The position numbers and the translations under genes were made by a program. This document shows, in pieces, positions 13,801 to 28,601 of a stretch of DNA of 64,000 bases (its first letter is position 1; every line of letters starts with the position of its first letter). The DNA comes from Catajapyx aquilonaris. Its lineage: Eukaryota. The notes beneath the pieces were generated by a model that was not told where the DNA came from, did no database searches, and saw only the letters and a list, made by a program, of their open reading frames with translations. The stretch spans positions 1 to 64,000 of the forward strand of contig KZ538155.1 in the NCBI GenBank assembly GCA_000934665.2. The letters are read 5' to 3'.

Positions 13801-16800
13801 TTGGAAAATAGGCCACGAGTTGTTAATTAATAAGGTGCACATAATTTTGATGCTTGGTCACCTCGCGTCCAATGAGGCGTACGCTACACCTGCATCTTTT
13901 ATAATGTTTGCTCTAAAATGTTCCCCGCGGATACACCAATTACACGAGTTATGGGGTATTTATTAATGAGCTTGTACACTACTGTTGCTCACGTGTTATT
14001 CACATCCGTCTTGCGATAATCAGAGAGGCTACCGGTGTATTAATCATTACTGAAAGCGGGGTCAGCTACAGCATTTCTATTGCAATTTTCTGCACAAGAC
14101 ATCGCATCGGGTCGAACTAATGTATCTTGCAGTGCATGTGTAATCGGAGGTTCCATTCAGGGTGTCCTGCTTGGCTCTCCCTAATTGAATCAGAATATTA
14201 ACGCGCATCGACTCAAAGGGGAATTAACGCATTATTCAGGCCCAGCTTCCCATTGGAGCGTAGCGTATATAATCTGAGGCGAGGTGATAGGATCCACTTT
14301 AGAAAGCGTGAAAACTTATTGATATTAACCCGGTGGCGATACCATGTGCGCGGGTTGAATTCCTAATTCGACGCTTAATACTCGTATATATTCGCCAGCT
14401 AATTTCTGAACAGCCCCGTCCATTTGGTTCGCAACGGAGGGATTTGTCGCCCATGAAATTTGGCTCCCAATGTTGACGTCGCCTGCGGATTGTGCACACA
14501 AATCCTGGATTGGGGGATTTTCGCCTGGTTGTTTTGCACCCCCTCACATTCCCCCCCTGCCCTCATTTCCTTCCTTCCTTCCTTTTTCGAGGGGTTTGTT
14601 CCAATAACTGTGACCGTTTTTCATGGAGTGGATGGCCGAGGGGCATCTGCGATGAGAAGACCCTCCCCGTTGCCTGATCGAATCTGCCGGTCATTAGTGC
14701 TGTCACTTCTTGCTCTCGGCTTGCGAATCAGTGTAATTGCCGGCGTGCTGTCTGGCCCTATACCCCGGCTCTGCCCTGCCGGGAATCGAAACGAGCTCTG
14801 ATTTTTACCCCCCCTCTCCAGCTGCTGTTTTTATTTGAGTTGAGAACTGACATCAGTAGGAATTACACGTTTGGATCCAGAGGCACGTTCGTCACACCCG
14901 TTCGTGTTGCTAATTGCTGCGCCCTTTTCATGACTGACATTTTTGCGCATGCCATAGACCCATTTGAACCCGGTGGGCACACAGGGTACACTGTACAGGA
15001 CAGACCTGAAGCCGTGGAGAAATGACGCATTTTTATATAGCACAGGTTCACTCACACTGATATGTATAGTACAGTTAAATTACAAAAATGAAGAGGCTTA
15101 TTACTAAAAGTAGCAATTATGCAGCTAGGAAATCACATAAATGTACCCAATCGATATGTTGTTTCAAATATGCCCTTTTAATTTGGCAAATGCAGGTTGA
15201 GGGCCATTCTGTTCATAGCATGAAAGCGCAATTATATTAACGGGAACAAAGTTAACCGATGAAATTAACCTGAGTGTATATATATTGCATGCTTTGCTCG
15301 CCACAGTAAATTTTGCACCGCACACCGCTTTTTGCGATTCATATTATTTTTTACAAAAACCGTTACCTGTGAAACTAACTGAATTTTATAGGTACATCAA
15401 ATGCAGATGATTTAGTTAGCTGCGGATTGCATTTTTAATGCCGATATTGGTGCAGTGTGCATTTATTTCGATATTTTCTCTGCTAGTTTGAGCTAACCAT
15501 AACTTGCTCCCTGTGGAACTGCGACTTTAGGTATTTCACCACCCTGTATTATACGCCAAGATGTGTCAGAAAAAAATGGATGAAAATGGGTCTCGCAAGC
15601 GCGAATTGCGTGAAAAATAGCGTGGCATGCTCTGCTCCGTTCCTCCACTTTTGTCCTCCTCTTTTGTCCCCCTCTCCTGTTCCCACATCCATCTCCTGGG
15701 GGAAGAGTTGTTGGCCGGGTTGTGTTTGGACATGAATCCCGTATTGTAGCAGGAGCGCGATGGAATTGAATTGCTTGCGGGTCCGGACTTGACGTAATGG
15801 ACGTGATTCCATTGCCCGAGGGCAGCAGGCTTGGGTGTAGTCAGGGACTCGAGATTTAATGCAGTGCACGCCCACAGCTTCCTCTTTGTCGCGGCTTGCA
15901 AATGTCTCCTGCTGGGTTTCAATTACTCAAGTCCTTACACTATATATATACATTCCCAGCTTCCTTTCTTCCCCCAGCAGCAGTGCCGTATATGGAAAAG
16001 AGGTGATGATGATGATGATTACCGGCGCCGCTTGATGGCCCCGACCATATTGGGAGAGGGGGACTAGGATCGATTAGCGAACCTGATCGATTACACCGCT
16101 GCATGTAGCCTACGTATATACAGTGGTGCAATTTTAATGGGAGCTTTATTGCCGATGCGCTTTTAGGTACAGTCAACCGCAGCGGACGGGGTGCGCTAAA
16201 CGACGCGGTTATGAAAATATAGGGAAGGTTTTTGCACTATTTGATTGCCACAGGGTGGTTCACTATACCCGCGTCCCCCAAATTGTTCACCTTTGACCCG
16301 AAGCTCTGATATTTCCACACAATCGGCGTTAAGTTGAGCAAGTTTGACTTTATATTGTGAAGCACCAGACGATTGCGAGTCTGGGTTGTGGATTTGGACT
16401 TGCATCCTAACGAAGTTAGCCGTCGGTGAGAATCTAAAGCTTTATGTCGTCTAACACAGTTTGCCTCCGGTTTTATTGGCGGTGCCAGGCTCCGGGAGGG
16501 AATGGCAAAATCCTGAGCAAAAGAGAGGCAGCATACACAACACTGTGTGCGACGACTCCAAAAGTGTCGCGCGTCACGCCAGAGGCTCCCCCCGATTGCC
16601 CAGAGATAAAAGATGCATGTGGACTTACTTTTTATGAAACTCTAAAGTCAACTTGGCGCGCTCAGGAGGCCCATAAAATTGGGGTAATTGAATTTTTACG
16701 GACTCGAGGGTGGTCCTATCCCTTTCCCATGCCTGAAATTACACATCACGATAAGTGGCTTCCCAGAAATCTAATAGAGACAGTGTAGCGATCGCTAATT

Positions 16801-19800
16801 TATTTTCGCCAGAAAAAATATTATGGGAGCTTGAAACAAGGGTGCCAACTCCCCAGGGGGTGCTCGTGTGTATATTCTCATTGTGAAATTCCGCGCCTGG
16901 GATCGGGATTGAATTTGAATTATTGCTTTACTCATTGCTAGCGAGGGCGTGTAGAACGCTGGGCAAAGTCGGGTATCGATCCGAACCCTCTCGGAAATGA
17001 TTACTATTTCAGTTTCAGGTGGGCGTACAGAATACAATTGGTCACGTGGGCGCGCAGGATCGTGTTTAGCATGTCCTCCGTCTCATTTCGATAGTTGTGA
17101 CAGGAACTTCAGGTAGGAATTACCATTCCCATCCTGGAAGTTAGATAACCTGAACACTTTTTTTTTTGGCATATTAGACAGGCGTAACGAATATACAGGC
17201 GGTTTTAATATACTCCAGTTGCTTCCCATTGTTTGTCGGATATTTGTGGCTGGACTCCTGCAACGGCGCGCATGCTGCATGGGACGTGCCCAGCGGATCG
17301 AGCCAATGGGCATCGCTATATCATGGCCTGCTGCTGGTATGAGAGATGATGGGACTCTGAATCAGTCTAATGAAGGCTAATCAGCGAAATGTAATTACTC
17401 GGGATTAATTCGCGCATAGAGTGCCTCCTTTTTTCGTGCCTCATTGAATTTCGCGACTCAATGAATTTTTAGTCTTAGGCTGCAAAATTAGACAAGGACG
17501 ATTCAAAATGCGCTCAGAATAAAAAGAGATCATATTCTCTTAATTCGGTGTTTCATACAGCAGTATTTGTACAGTACTTTCTGATGCCCACATGCGGAAC
17601 AGGGTAGTAAGAGTATTTGCTGCTTTCGTACATTATTCAAAATACTGGCACGGTTGTCGCTTAGTTAGAGTGCTAAGTCAGACGAAGTTTAATTTTTTTG
17701 GAACCAAGATGGAGGTGTTAACAGTGCTAGCTGTGGTCACAAAATGCAGAGAACCACATGTAGGAGCATGGGTAATGCAGCAGCTGTGAATGTAAGATGG
17801 TCGTTTTGTACTTGTCAGCACTTGGCATACAGTACTTGCTACTTGTTCCTTTTTGGGATCGTTAACTGCGTTTTCATCTGAGACCTCTCCCCTGCTGATT
17901 CACATGCAGAAAGTTATACGCATAATGGCTGCCGAGAACACTTTCAAACTTGAGCAGCGATATAAATGGGGAACTTTGAGAAGCAGGCTTAGCCTAACAT
18001 AATGACTTCTGAACAGTAATATTCGCGAGTCAAGGATGCCGTTAACAGACAAGCTGCTGTGTTCCTTCGAGTGGCACTTTCTGGAGCTCATTATGGTACC
18101 CAGAGTTGCTTTTGACTTGATACTGTATCTCAATATTATTGTACAGAATTCGCAGAATGTGCACAGCTGCAGACCTTATTTATGCGCACTTGCACTTTTT
18201 GTTCCTACAAAACGTGGACAGAGTTACCAGAATTTGAAAGTTTAATATCCGATATTTGTATCTGGTCCAGGTTTTGTCCGACTCAAGATGCTGTGCCCCA
18301 GCAGTTTCTCTCAGTTAAAAAAAAAAAAGCGTCAGCTGGCTTGGAGGTGTGGCCGTGGTCTTCATCTGCAAACCCCACGTTGGCCGCAATGTGTGTCCCT
18401 TTTTTTTATTCTGTTGTTTCTAGGCTCTCCTCTTTACCTAGAAGGCTTTACCCATGCTCTCCAGGGCTGGCCCGGTGTGCACTTTCTCCGCCGCAGAATC
18501 AATACCCCGACATCATGCACGCGCCGCATGCCGTACACAGACCCAAATATAAAATTCATAACACACGCCCACCATCATGCCATTTTTTTTTTGCGAGGAG
18601 GATCCTTCAGACACGTATATGCCTTGTTTGCTAACATGTATGCCCCAATTCTTTCCGTGGTGTGTGTGGTCATCAATCAATATGGAGGTATGGCTTTGAG
18701 CAATGTCCGTTTCACTGCTGCATGCCCTCCTTAATATGTGGGACATATAATTTCGGTGGTTGTGTGAAGGTTCTTGTTGATTCAGCATGGCGCATTGCTT
18801 TCGCAAAAGGTGGAAGGGAGAAGGACTTTGTTGTGATCGATGAAGGTAGCTCCGTAGGTAATTTGAAGGTTTTCTTCGAAGAAGCCGAAAAGCTGGTTTG
18901 AAGGGATTCAGGAAAAGCCAAGTTTATGTATCATTTTCATGGGTTTGTGATGGCACTCCTTGTCAAGGATGGAATAAGCGGATGAAATTGGGAGGCTTTT
19001 GTAATAAATGATAGTTGGATTCTGTACGAGTAAACACAGCGTAGGACATGACAGGCGTGCACTGTTATTTTTAAGCATTTGTGTCTTTTTATAGGGGTTC
19101 AAATTGGCTAGAAGCTCAAAGCGACCCGCGTGGGTAGTGACTGCAGAAGGCTGTCAACAGAATGGTTCCAGGCATAAGTGCCAAAGTCTCCTTTGAGCTG
19201 ATATTTGACAACCTTTTAGGCCCATCAATTTAATTGAGGTAATTCGACGAATGCACCGAACTATCGCACATAATTAGGAAATGATGGCATTTGTAATCGT
19301 TATTACGAAATGGATAATTGCAAGTGGTAGCTTATGAGTAATTTGCCGATGAGTTGTAATGTTTTAACACATTGCGATGATGGCGTACTTGTGACATTGA
19401 ACGTTCTTCAAATGGGGCGTAAGATATCTGGAATGGAACATTCGTGATTTTATGCCAGGAAGCGGAAGATATTGAACCTGTGAATTCCTCTGCCATCATT
19501 CTTTAGCATATTTTTAGTAGTTAGGTCTAGTTGCTACTCGTAACTTAAGCTTCGATGCGCAGTGTTTAGGAGATTTGTATAACAATGCCGTATATTTACA
19601 TTGCTTCAGGCAGTTAACAGCATTTTGGTAGGATTCACTGAATCAGAGTAGCAATCCAGCCTTTAAACTAACCATTTGCACTTCATATAAAGTAAGTGTC
19701 AATTAAATTCACTTTTCCGAAACTATAGCGCGATGGGACAAGGTTTGTGAACGAAGTTTCAGAACGAGCCATATCCGTTGGGGAGGGTCTATAGGTTTAG

Positions 19801-22086
19801 TGTGGTCTTTGCATAGCCTTGCTGTTCCGCTTTAATTATCCCAACCCTGCTATCGGGGAGTAATTCTCCACTGAACTAGTTAGGGCTTTCGTCATGTTAT
19901 TAGCGGTTGGTTGTCATGGAGGTGAAACTGGGAAGCAGCCTTCCTTTGTGTTAGACTCTGCCAAAGTTCAAATTGGGATAGGAATGAGACTTCTTTCGCT
20001 ACCCGTTTTGTGATTATTTGCCCAAATTGGTGCGGTTGAAGGGGCTTACTGGAGAAGGGAAGCGACTCCGGATTCATCTGATCATTGCTTAATAAGACAC
20101 CCATCTAGTGGAGAAGTATGAGGCAGAACCCCATTGTTTGCTCCGCCTTTGTGCGGGGTTATACGATAGATTTCTGCTCATTTTTTTTTTTGCAGTAAAT
20201 CTCTTTCAGATGATCTGAATGGGCGCAGTGCCTAGCTGAATAATGGCTCAATATATTTACTGGGATGAAATTATGATGATTGAATTCAGGGGGCTCAGCG
20301 AGGGATAACCACCATTCAACCTACGTTCCTATAAGAATTGCAATCCGGATCCAAAATGACGAGTGGAGCAGGAGTGCTGGCGAACAGTTATTTCAACAAG
20401 TCAACCATCGAGCTTTTGCCATTAGCCATTAAGTACGCAGAGGAAGCTTGGAAACGAGAATCAGCAGCGGACTTTAATGAAATGACTGAACTATATACAT
20501 ATGAACAGCGGCAAAGGCTAATGAACTCATGGGGTCGTCATTAAAACGGATTATTCCAATACCAACTGCTGGCATCAAATCCCGTCATTAATTTCCGAAA
20601 AAAATACAAAATGGAAGGGTTCGAAACACAATTTGTGCCTGAAAGGCATTGTAACCATATTTTAACTATAATAAATTGATTGCAGATTGTTTTCAAATAA
20701 TTTTAATTAAAGTCCTCTTGAAGCAAATAAGCCTATTCAGCTGATTGCAGATGAAGCAGTGTCAAATTCACATCGTTTACAATGGCGATTAGAAAATAGC
20801 AGTCACGTCAAGTCCAGAAAAGGTGCTGGGCATATCAGACGGGTTTGGAAATTGGGTGCGGACCCTACACTGGGGCTCTTGACTTGAAGGGCACTATCTA
20901 GTGTACACAGGCTGTGATCGCATCAGAATTGGCCCCAGAGTGATGAATGGATGTGAAGTGGCGAGCAGCCATGGCGAATAGGAACTTGGGGGGAAATGAA
21001 TTTTGGGATTCGTTCTGCCTGCCTGCCTAACTCTAGGTTGGCCTTTCTGTCACTGATTAAAAATGAGGGCCTCCCCAAAAAGAGAGAGAATTTGGTCCTA
21101 CCTTAATAATGGGCCTTGCTGACCGATTCAGAGTCCTTGGACAGGGGGAAAAAAATCGTTGCCTGAGGTAGTGCATTTCCTCCTGAAAGTCCTTCAATTA
21201 CTCCGGGCTTAATTGTGATTGGTGTAGCCGTTAACCGGGTTTTACTGCCGGCTGAACCGGAGAGGAACCGAATTTTTCTTTTCCTAGGCATGACCTTTCA
21301 GACCTCAACTGTAACTGTGTGTAGTTGCATAATTAATCGGCGGGTGGACGAGAATAGCTAGGCTCCGGCTGACTTATGCTTAAATCCCATCGATCGACTA
21401 TGCCGATGACTTCACCTCCTTTCCTACGACCATTGGAGTGGGTGGGACCATTGCCTGGAAAAGGACCCAACTTCTCGTAGGTATTGGGAATGGCGCCAGT
21501 CTAGGGGGATAATCTACCCCCTAATTAGTGCCAAATGAGGAAATGGAATAGTCGTGCAAGACATGGGCATATCACGTTTTTCGATGCTATTATTCCTGCC
21601 CGCCAGGACAGTACGTCGCCATTAACCATGCTTTACTGCACCACCTGCATTCATGGGGGTTGAAAGTCTTTCTCGTGTTGGGTCGGTTGTAAAATGTAGC
21701 AAAAATATGTCCCATGCAGGGGTCGTGAACAATGTTGCATGATGTACCTGTGACACTGATCGTCACGTGTATGGTGGCGACGTGTTTACATTTTATCCAT
21801 TTACCCGTAAAATGGGTCGCGCTTTTAAGGAAATTGTGAAATTCCATTGCCCAAAAACAAGAGGCGTGTATTGAGCACCAGACACGCTCTTAATGACCAG
21901 ACTAATCGATATCGAATTCATCTATCTCTGTCAGGAGTCCCATCCATCTACCATTATAATAAGCCAAGCCGGATATACCCGGGAAATATTTCACCTTTTT
22001 TTATCAGTATCGACCGGCATCCATATCAATGTCGGTGCTAGATAACTCTACGTTTCCTTATTGGTGTATTGTCTTGCTCTGAACAG

Positions 22087-22348
22087 AGATGGACGTTTGC
22101 AAGAGGGCGACCAGATCCTAGCCATTGATGGACAGCCTCTGGACTCGAACATCTCGCACCAGCAGGCCATCAGCATCCTGCAGAAGGCGAGGGGACTGGT
22201 GGAACTGGTAGTAGCCCGCTCGGCCGAGAGCCCCGTGGGCGAGCCCGAGGGCGGCCCCGAGGCCGACGTGGCCGTCGAGGACGCCTCTCCGGGTGACCGC
22301 TCGCCCTCGGCCGTCAGCGACGCCTCCAAGGCCGGCTCCGACATGGTG
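22087..22348 (+). CDS. Patj: Patj/MPDZ exon: C-terminal half of PDZ1 plus linker
   Basis: Acceptor ...ttgctctgaacAG (22085-22086), donor GTG|gtaagt; phase 2 in, 0 out. Encodes (R)[44 protein letters not shown]...GSDMV. Confidence 0.93.
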
Positions 22349-25300
22349 GTAAGTGATGGAAGGTTACCTGCCTTTAAAAAAAAAGTGTAGTTAATAGACG
22401 CCACCGGCGGAGGTCGCCTCTGCTGAAGCGACCTCTGCACCTGGCGTCCTATTACTAAGACTGGCCCATTTCGCATTGTGCTCTTCCTTTTTCCAATCAG
22501 TTTGAGTGGCTCGGAAACCGGTTCACATGCAGCAGGCGGAACATTCATTTGTTTTGCGTTATTGGCAGGTAGAGTGCCATTATGACAGGGTCGGGTAATT
22601 AAAGCGTCGAAAACATTGGGAATTCAAACGTCAACATGTTTTGCAATATCGCATTATTGAGACATCCAACATTTTGACATCGACAAGTACTCGACATCCC
22701 GAATAACATGGAGCACTCAAACCTCGACACATACAAGTTGTGGTCGGTTTCTACCACCATCACACGACAAAAATATCGACACCTTCGAATTATTGGGCCT
22801 CAAATAGCGTGACACGTTTCCGCTAACGGTATTATGAACGCATTGACAGGTAATAAAATGTTCCCCGCCAGCAACGTTTAAGGTATTGCAACCACCTGCG
22901 ATGATTCTTAAGAGGATAAGCTGATGGATGCGTTAGTTACATGTCCCAGTCTGGCTGCAATTGGCGGGGCCCTTTGGCCTCGCACGGCCCATCTTTTACG
23001 CCATGCAAACCCCCATAGATTAGACCGCACTGCAATAAGGTTTCATTTGGGCGCCGCTTATTGCCGCATCTACTCCTCCACTTGGAATAAGGCCACAAAG
23101 TGATGAAGTGCGATCATATTCCCTTTCGAAATCGGGGCAAGACACGCGCTAATGAAGCTTGCACGATGCGAACTCGAGAATGGTCGTGCTGCGATCCTAT
23201 TCGGCGATGGTGAGAAGGTGGGAACCAAATGAATGGCTGCCATTAGATGGGACAGTTAGTGAGGGACGAGCTTTTGGTGGGTTTTGGAGAAGGGTGTGTA
23301 AGAAGATCCTGAGCATTTCGGGGGAGGGACGAAGGGTTCGGCCGGGGGTACATACGATATAGGAAGGGAGAAGGATCGATACTAAAGTTGGCCCTCAGCT
23401 GCCGCTAGTGCTACTGCCGCTACCCGATACGCCGCTTCCTCCCAATTAACAGCCAGCTTCATTTGGATGTTGTCACAGGCCGCCGACCGGATTTTGTTAC
23501 CTTTCGCGCTTTTAGGAAAGTATTGTCCCAAACGAGAGGGCCCACCTTAGCGCTGCCATTAGTTAAGCGGCCAACCGGGTTTTTATTGTAAGGGACGATC
23601 GGGCAACGTGGTCGTGCGCGAGAGCTTTCTGGCTTGATTGGCCTGGGAACTTGTGCGCGCGCCATTCATTTGCAGATTGGCTTAGGATCAGGTGGTTGTT
23701 GGTACGAATAGCCTGTCATGACAGGAGGCGTAATAATTGGGTAATAACTCGGCAGGTGGCTTTACAACCCTCAGGAAACAACCTTTCGTCAGCATCAATC
23801 TCACCTGCCAGTTAAAGCTTGACCAGGCAACGGTGTATTGATGCGATGTGGAGGATTCGGCCGAGAGAGAAACTGTTGCTTACTCTGCAGTAAAGGCCCT
23901 TAAATTTGCCCCAAGTTGCACGTGTATCACGTTGGAAGGCTCGAGAATGGTCTCTCCGGTTAGCTACGTCAAGAAGGGTATCGACGTACCTGCCCTCGTA
24001 GTGGTCCTAAAGTGGACACCGTCGGGAGTTAAATGGCAGGCATATGGCAACACAGCAGGGATTTTGCGCATGCGCATTACCAAGCCATTCAGCCTCCACA
24101 GCTGCGTTGCCATTCAGGAAACAAATCCATTTTGACTTGACATTGCGGCGTTTGGGGCAGGCGCGAAACGCTAATATGCCGATGGGAATGGCGTATAAAG
24201 TTCCTAGTGTGTCGGGTGGAAATCCCTGGGATGGCTCCCGCTGTTGGCTCGAATTTAATACCCACCTCTCAGGCAAAGAATTCCTCACCACCCTCTCGCC
24301 TTCCCCCTACTCATGATTGTAGTGCTATTGAACAGGGCAGCCAGCTGCAGCTGCATAGGGAATCAAGCATTTCTACGTTTGTAATGAGGGAGAGCGCTGC
24401 TATGCTGATGTTGACGCCCCCCGAAACTTCATTTGAAACCGTATCTGGGATGAATCCTGGGCTAGGTTGGGGCTGGGAATGGAGTGGGGAAAAAAAAGAG
24501 TGGCTGGGATTTTATAATGAACATGAACACGAGCCGCAGTCACCCAATCCGAAAATCAATCTTACTCCAATTAAATTGGGGCTTAGGAACGAGTTAAGCT
24601 GTGAGGTGTAGGGTAAAACCCGTTAATGCGAACTGTACGAATTTTTCCCATTATGTATGACACTGAAATAGGCGATAGTGGGCAGGGAATGTAGAGCCTG
24701 CGGATGGACCAAAAAATGTCAGCTGCCTCACACGAGCTGGTCAGTGTCAAAATGGGTCTCACATAACGTTATCGTGGCGGCAGTATTAAAGCTTCTAGCG
24801 GGGATATTTCGTGATTTTTTTTTTTTGTCAGGGCCAAGCACAACTGTGTGATGATCAGGACCAGAACCCAACTAATCACCCTCAGGGGAGAACCATCCAG
24901 AATATGTTACACTGCACTGTATGTACAGTATAAAATATAACTGATCAACCGTCCTCTATACGAGTCGCGCAGGACTTACAATCAACTTGACCTGGAGGGT
25001 TTTTCGTATTAAAATATTCCCGTGCCTGGTGATTCCAGCCTATACTTGTACGCCTGCGTGTTATGCGTCCTGTTGGCCAGATGTGCGGTTGCATACTATT
25101 TCAGGAAAAAGTTTCTGCATCAGTGCTCGTGCCTATATATACATGAGTTGTTTCAATATCGTCAGTTTGGTATCTGATGGTGGAAGCGGGGCGATGTCGC
25201 CCTCCACCCCCCCGAAAAAAAAGTCTCCTGTGAGTGAATTTCGGTTAAAACGTGGGAGACAACCTCATTTAGAAAGGCAATCGAAAGTTGGGGCTGCAAG

Positions 25301-27977
25301 GTAAGCCCCCGAGGACCCAACGCCAATATGAAATAGCAGTGTATCGGGAGGAAAGTTGTATAGAGCGAAGGCTCAGGAAATTTGATTGGAGCAGGGTTGC
25401 ACACTTCGAGCGAGTGTGTGTCTGTAACTTTCCTTTACATACAAGCTAGTAGTAGCCCTTTTGCCATTTTGAAAGATGTCGCCTGTTGATCCGCGATCCG
25501 ACCCCGAAGGAAAGATTTTCGGCCGCGTTGATGACCAATTAAAAGGGGGGGTGGGTGTCGATTTATGGCCGTGTCGTGAATGTCTTGGTGGCTGGCTTCA
25601 AAATGGAGAACCCTAATATGCTTCTGGCACTCATTACCGCCCGGGAATTGAGGAATGATTACATGATTGAAGTGGTTGGCGACTATAGGCGTTGCCAAAC
25701 TGTTGATAGGTAAATGAGGTTAGGCGGAAGAGCTTCTGAAAAGGGTGGCGAGTCTTAGGTCACGGGGTATTACCTTTTTGCTACGAGGGGGAGGGGGGAA
25801 CCAACCCGACGATATTAAAATTGTACCTTCGAGGAATATTGGTGTTGAACATCGTAAACCGAACTTAAGCAGCGTGCAGAAAATGTCGGGAGGATATTTT
25901 TCCGCTTTAAAAAATCGGTCCCGGCTTATGAGAAGCGTCTCTGAAATGAAAAGTGCTTCCAGGCACCTCCTTTGCCATCTAAATTTTCTTTTGACCACCT
26001 GACCCCTTCGGCTCTCAAAAGGTACCGGAGCTCTCTTTGATCACTTGTTTACATTAGCTTTGCAGGGCTCATTGTCGCATTTTTTTTTTTTTTTTTTTAC
26101 AACCTGCAGTTAGGTTTTAATGGCCGACGACACTGGAGTTAATGTGCGTCTGTGTGATAGAAGTTCAACCGGATCGAATTTTGGACCCTTTTATCTTTGA
26201 AAACATCTCAGAGGATCTAGTTAGGTAATTTTACTCTGAGGAGCTGTTAGAATATAAGGGAGGAAAAAAAGTTTTAAACTGCTGCGACAGGAGTAGAAAA
26301 GCTACCTGAGCGACTTTATGGGAAGATGAAAGGAAATATCCAACTTCAGATTTTACAGAGAGCAAAAAAGAGGCGGCATTAAAAAAAATTAGTCGTAAAA
26401 GAAAGTGGGATTCTTTTTTTTGTGTGTAAGAAATACGAAAAACGCCCGACTCTTTGTCATGTCCCATGACTGTCGCCATCAATCTGGCATTACTGTATCT
26501 TTTGATTCATCTACAGTTTAATCTCTCCACATCTACTTCCATTCCCTATTTTTCTTCATCCAACACACCCTCCCCTCTCAATATACGTCTTCTTCCTTCT
26601 CGCCTCCAGTATATTTTACCTCCCCAGCTCCGAACCGTGCACCACATAAATAAAAATATATACTCTTCCTCCTATATGTTGTATATCGACCAGAACCAGG
26701 GCTCTCACTTAAACGAACTTATAGAGATAATGGCACATTTAGGACCCCCGAAATTTTGCCGGTCCCAATAGATTTGCGAACCTAAGCAACATCCAAGGTC
26801 GAACGTGACTTTGGCACAGATTGGGAACCGCGACAGTAACTTTTTTTTTTTTTACATCTGGTTTGGCTTCAGAAATCAATTTCAGATGTTGTCTTTCGAT
26901 TGGTGGCGAAAATGCAATTACACTCCGTGGTCTTGTCGCCTTGCTTGGAAAGTTTCTGCTCCACTTTTACCCTCCCTCGATTTTCCAAGCTTGCGTATAA
27001 TGCCAGGCTATGTATCGAGCCGATAAGTTTTGGAGTAAGAGTTTAGGATTTATGAGCCAGATTACTTGTTTGGAAAATCTGCGAACCCGAAGATTACGTT
27101 GGGTCCCGGCCCTTTTGTTATGCTAAGGGCTTGAAAATATAACGCAAACAGTTGTTAGCAACCGGGGCGCGCTAATTTCCGAAATTTTGTTTACACATGT
27201 GCCGATTCGGCGAATCCGGCCAATTAATTTACGCGCAAATATTTATTTTTCACACTGGTGCGGGTATGACTGCGCATTTTTGATGCGGTCAATATTGGTC
27301 TCTAATTGAAACGAGATCGATACGCCTGGGTGACCCACACGCGGGTCAAAATCTGTGCATGCAGTTTTTCGAAAGGTCAAGGTGCACATTAGCTGAAGAC
27401 CCGAATTTAGACCAATTTGGAAGAAATGCTACCTGGCTTTACAGTAACTAAGTAAACCCGAGTAAACCGAATCCGGGGAGAATGTTATGGGACAAAATAT
27501 TAGTTTTTTGGCTCATGTTGTGGGCAGGTCTGCCATCCAAGAAAGGGGTAGCTTATTCTGGATGAGACCTAGGTATATTCCAGCAGAAAAAGAGTTGGCG
27601 CTGAGGGGAAATAGCCCCGTAGCCCAATTGCGAGGGTAGGCCTTTTAGCCCTCTGGCCGCGTGCACGGAAGACTGACTTGGAAATGCAGGGGGAACTGGA
27701 TCGATTCCCGGCTGCGTGCAAGCCCCCATTCTAGCACAGGAACAAGTTCGCAGCAGGGGTGGGGTTGGGGGGGGATTCCAAGGCTCTTATTCGAATACAT
27801 CAAATGCCTGCAAGTGGTCGAGGAAAACCGCAGGGTCAACTCCATGCTCTGACACAGACGCGAAATCAATTCAACGTTTTTTCTCTCTCTCTTTCTAGCG
27901 CTCTCTAGTCTGTTCGTATGGATTCAATGACTTTTCTATGAAGAAGATGCAGTAAAATACGATTCTTTTATTTTCAG

Positions 27978-28112
27978 TTGAACACTGAGTGGGCTCAGGT
28001 AGAAGTAATTGACCTCATGAACGATGGCACTGGACTCGGGTTTGGCATCATTGGAGGTCGCAGCACTGGTGTCGTGGTCAAAACCATTCTTCCTGGCGGT
28101 GTGGCGGATCGG
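27978..28112 (+). CDS. Patj: Patj/MPDZ exon: N-terminal half of PDZ2
   Basis: Acceptor ttttattttcAG, donor CGG|gtaagt; phase 0/0. Encodes [45 protein letters not shown] (GLGF loop). Confidence 0.96.
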
Positions 28113-28601
28113 GTAAGTTCGAACCAATTATACCTGGAAGCTTTCCAGGACATTACTCCTGCAGGCTGTGCTGGAATTGAAAAGAAAAAGTCAAATCATG
28201 AACTGAGGTACTGCATTTACATGGGTTGATCTGCTTTAGGCGCGTCTTTTACCGTGGTGCACTAAAGTACGCATTACCCACCGAGTGCCCTCCTGCATCC
28301 CTGTGTAATTAATAAGTAAACAGCAAGAAGCAGACGTCAACCACCGTGGTAGTTACCCCCGGTTGATGGGACCACTAACTATGGAGGCCCCCCACCTTTT
28401 AATGCCATGTAAACGCAGTCACCTGAGTCACTTGGATCCTGGGGCTTGGGCTGTAGGAGTCGAGTGTCCTGGAAAATTGCCTCATCGAACAGAGGCTAGT
28501 TGCCACAAACCCTCCCACACATCCACCTACCTACCCCCTAACCCCGGGGAGGGAGCAGTCCAACAAGATGGACGGTTTTGTTCAATTCCCCGTGGCCGCA
28601 G

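Noticed and set aside
1..22086. Expected L27 and N-terminal PDZ1 exons
   Set aside because: Not found by inspection. The region is treated as a long intron, though very small exons could have been missed.
22048..22548. Minus-strand ORFs overlapping Patj exons (also 34667-35035, 37834-38130, 33109-33339)
   Set aside because: Antisense shadows of real coding exons.
24987..25304. ORF ending at a strong AAG|GTAAGC donor (25300)
   Set aside because: The ORF exits in phase 2 but the host intron is phase 0. The phase-0 frame has a stop at 25235 and no ATG after it.
28561..28575. AAGATGGACGG echo of the exon start GGATGGACGG 35 nt downstream
   Set aside because: Short match, no pyrimidine tract, and use as an acceptor would be out of frame.
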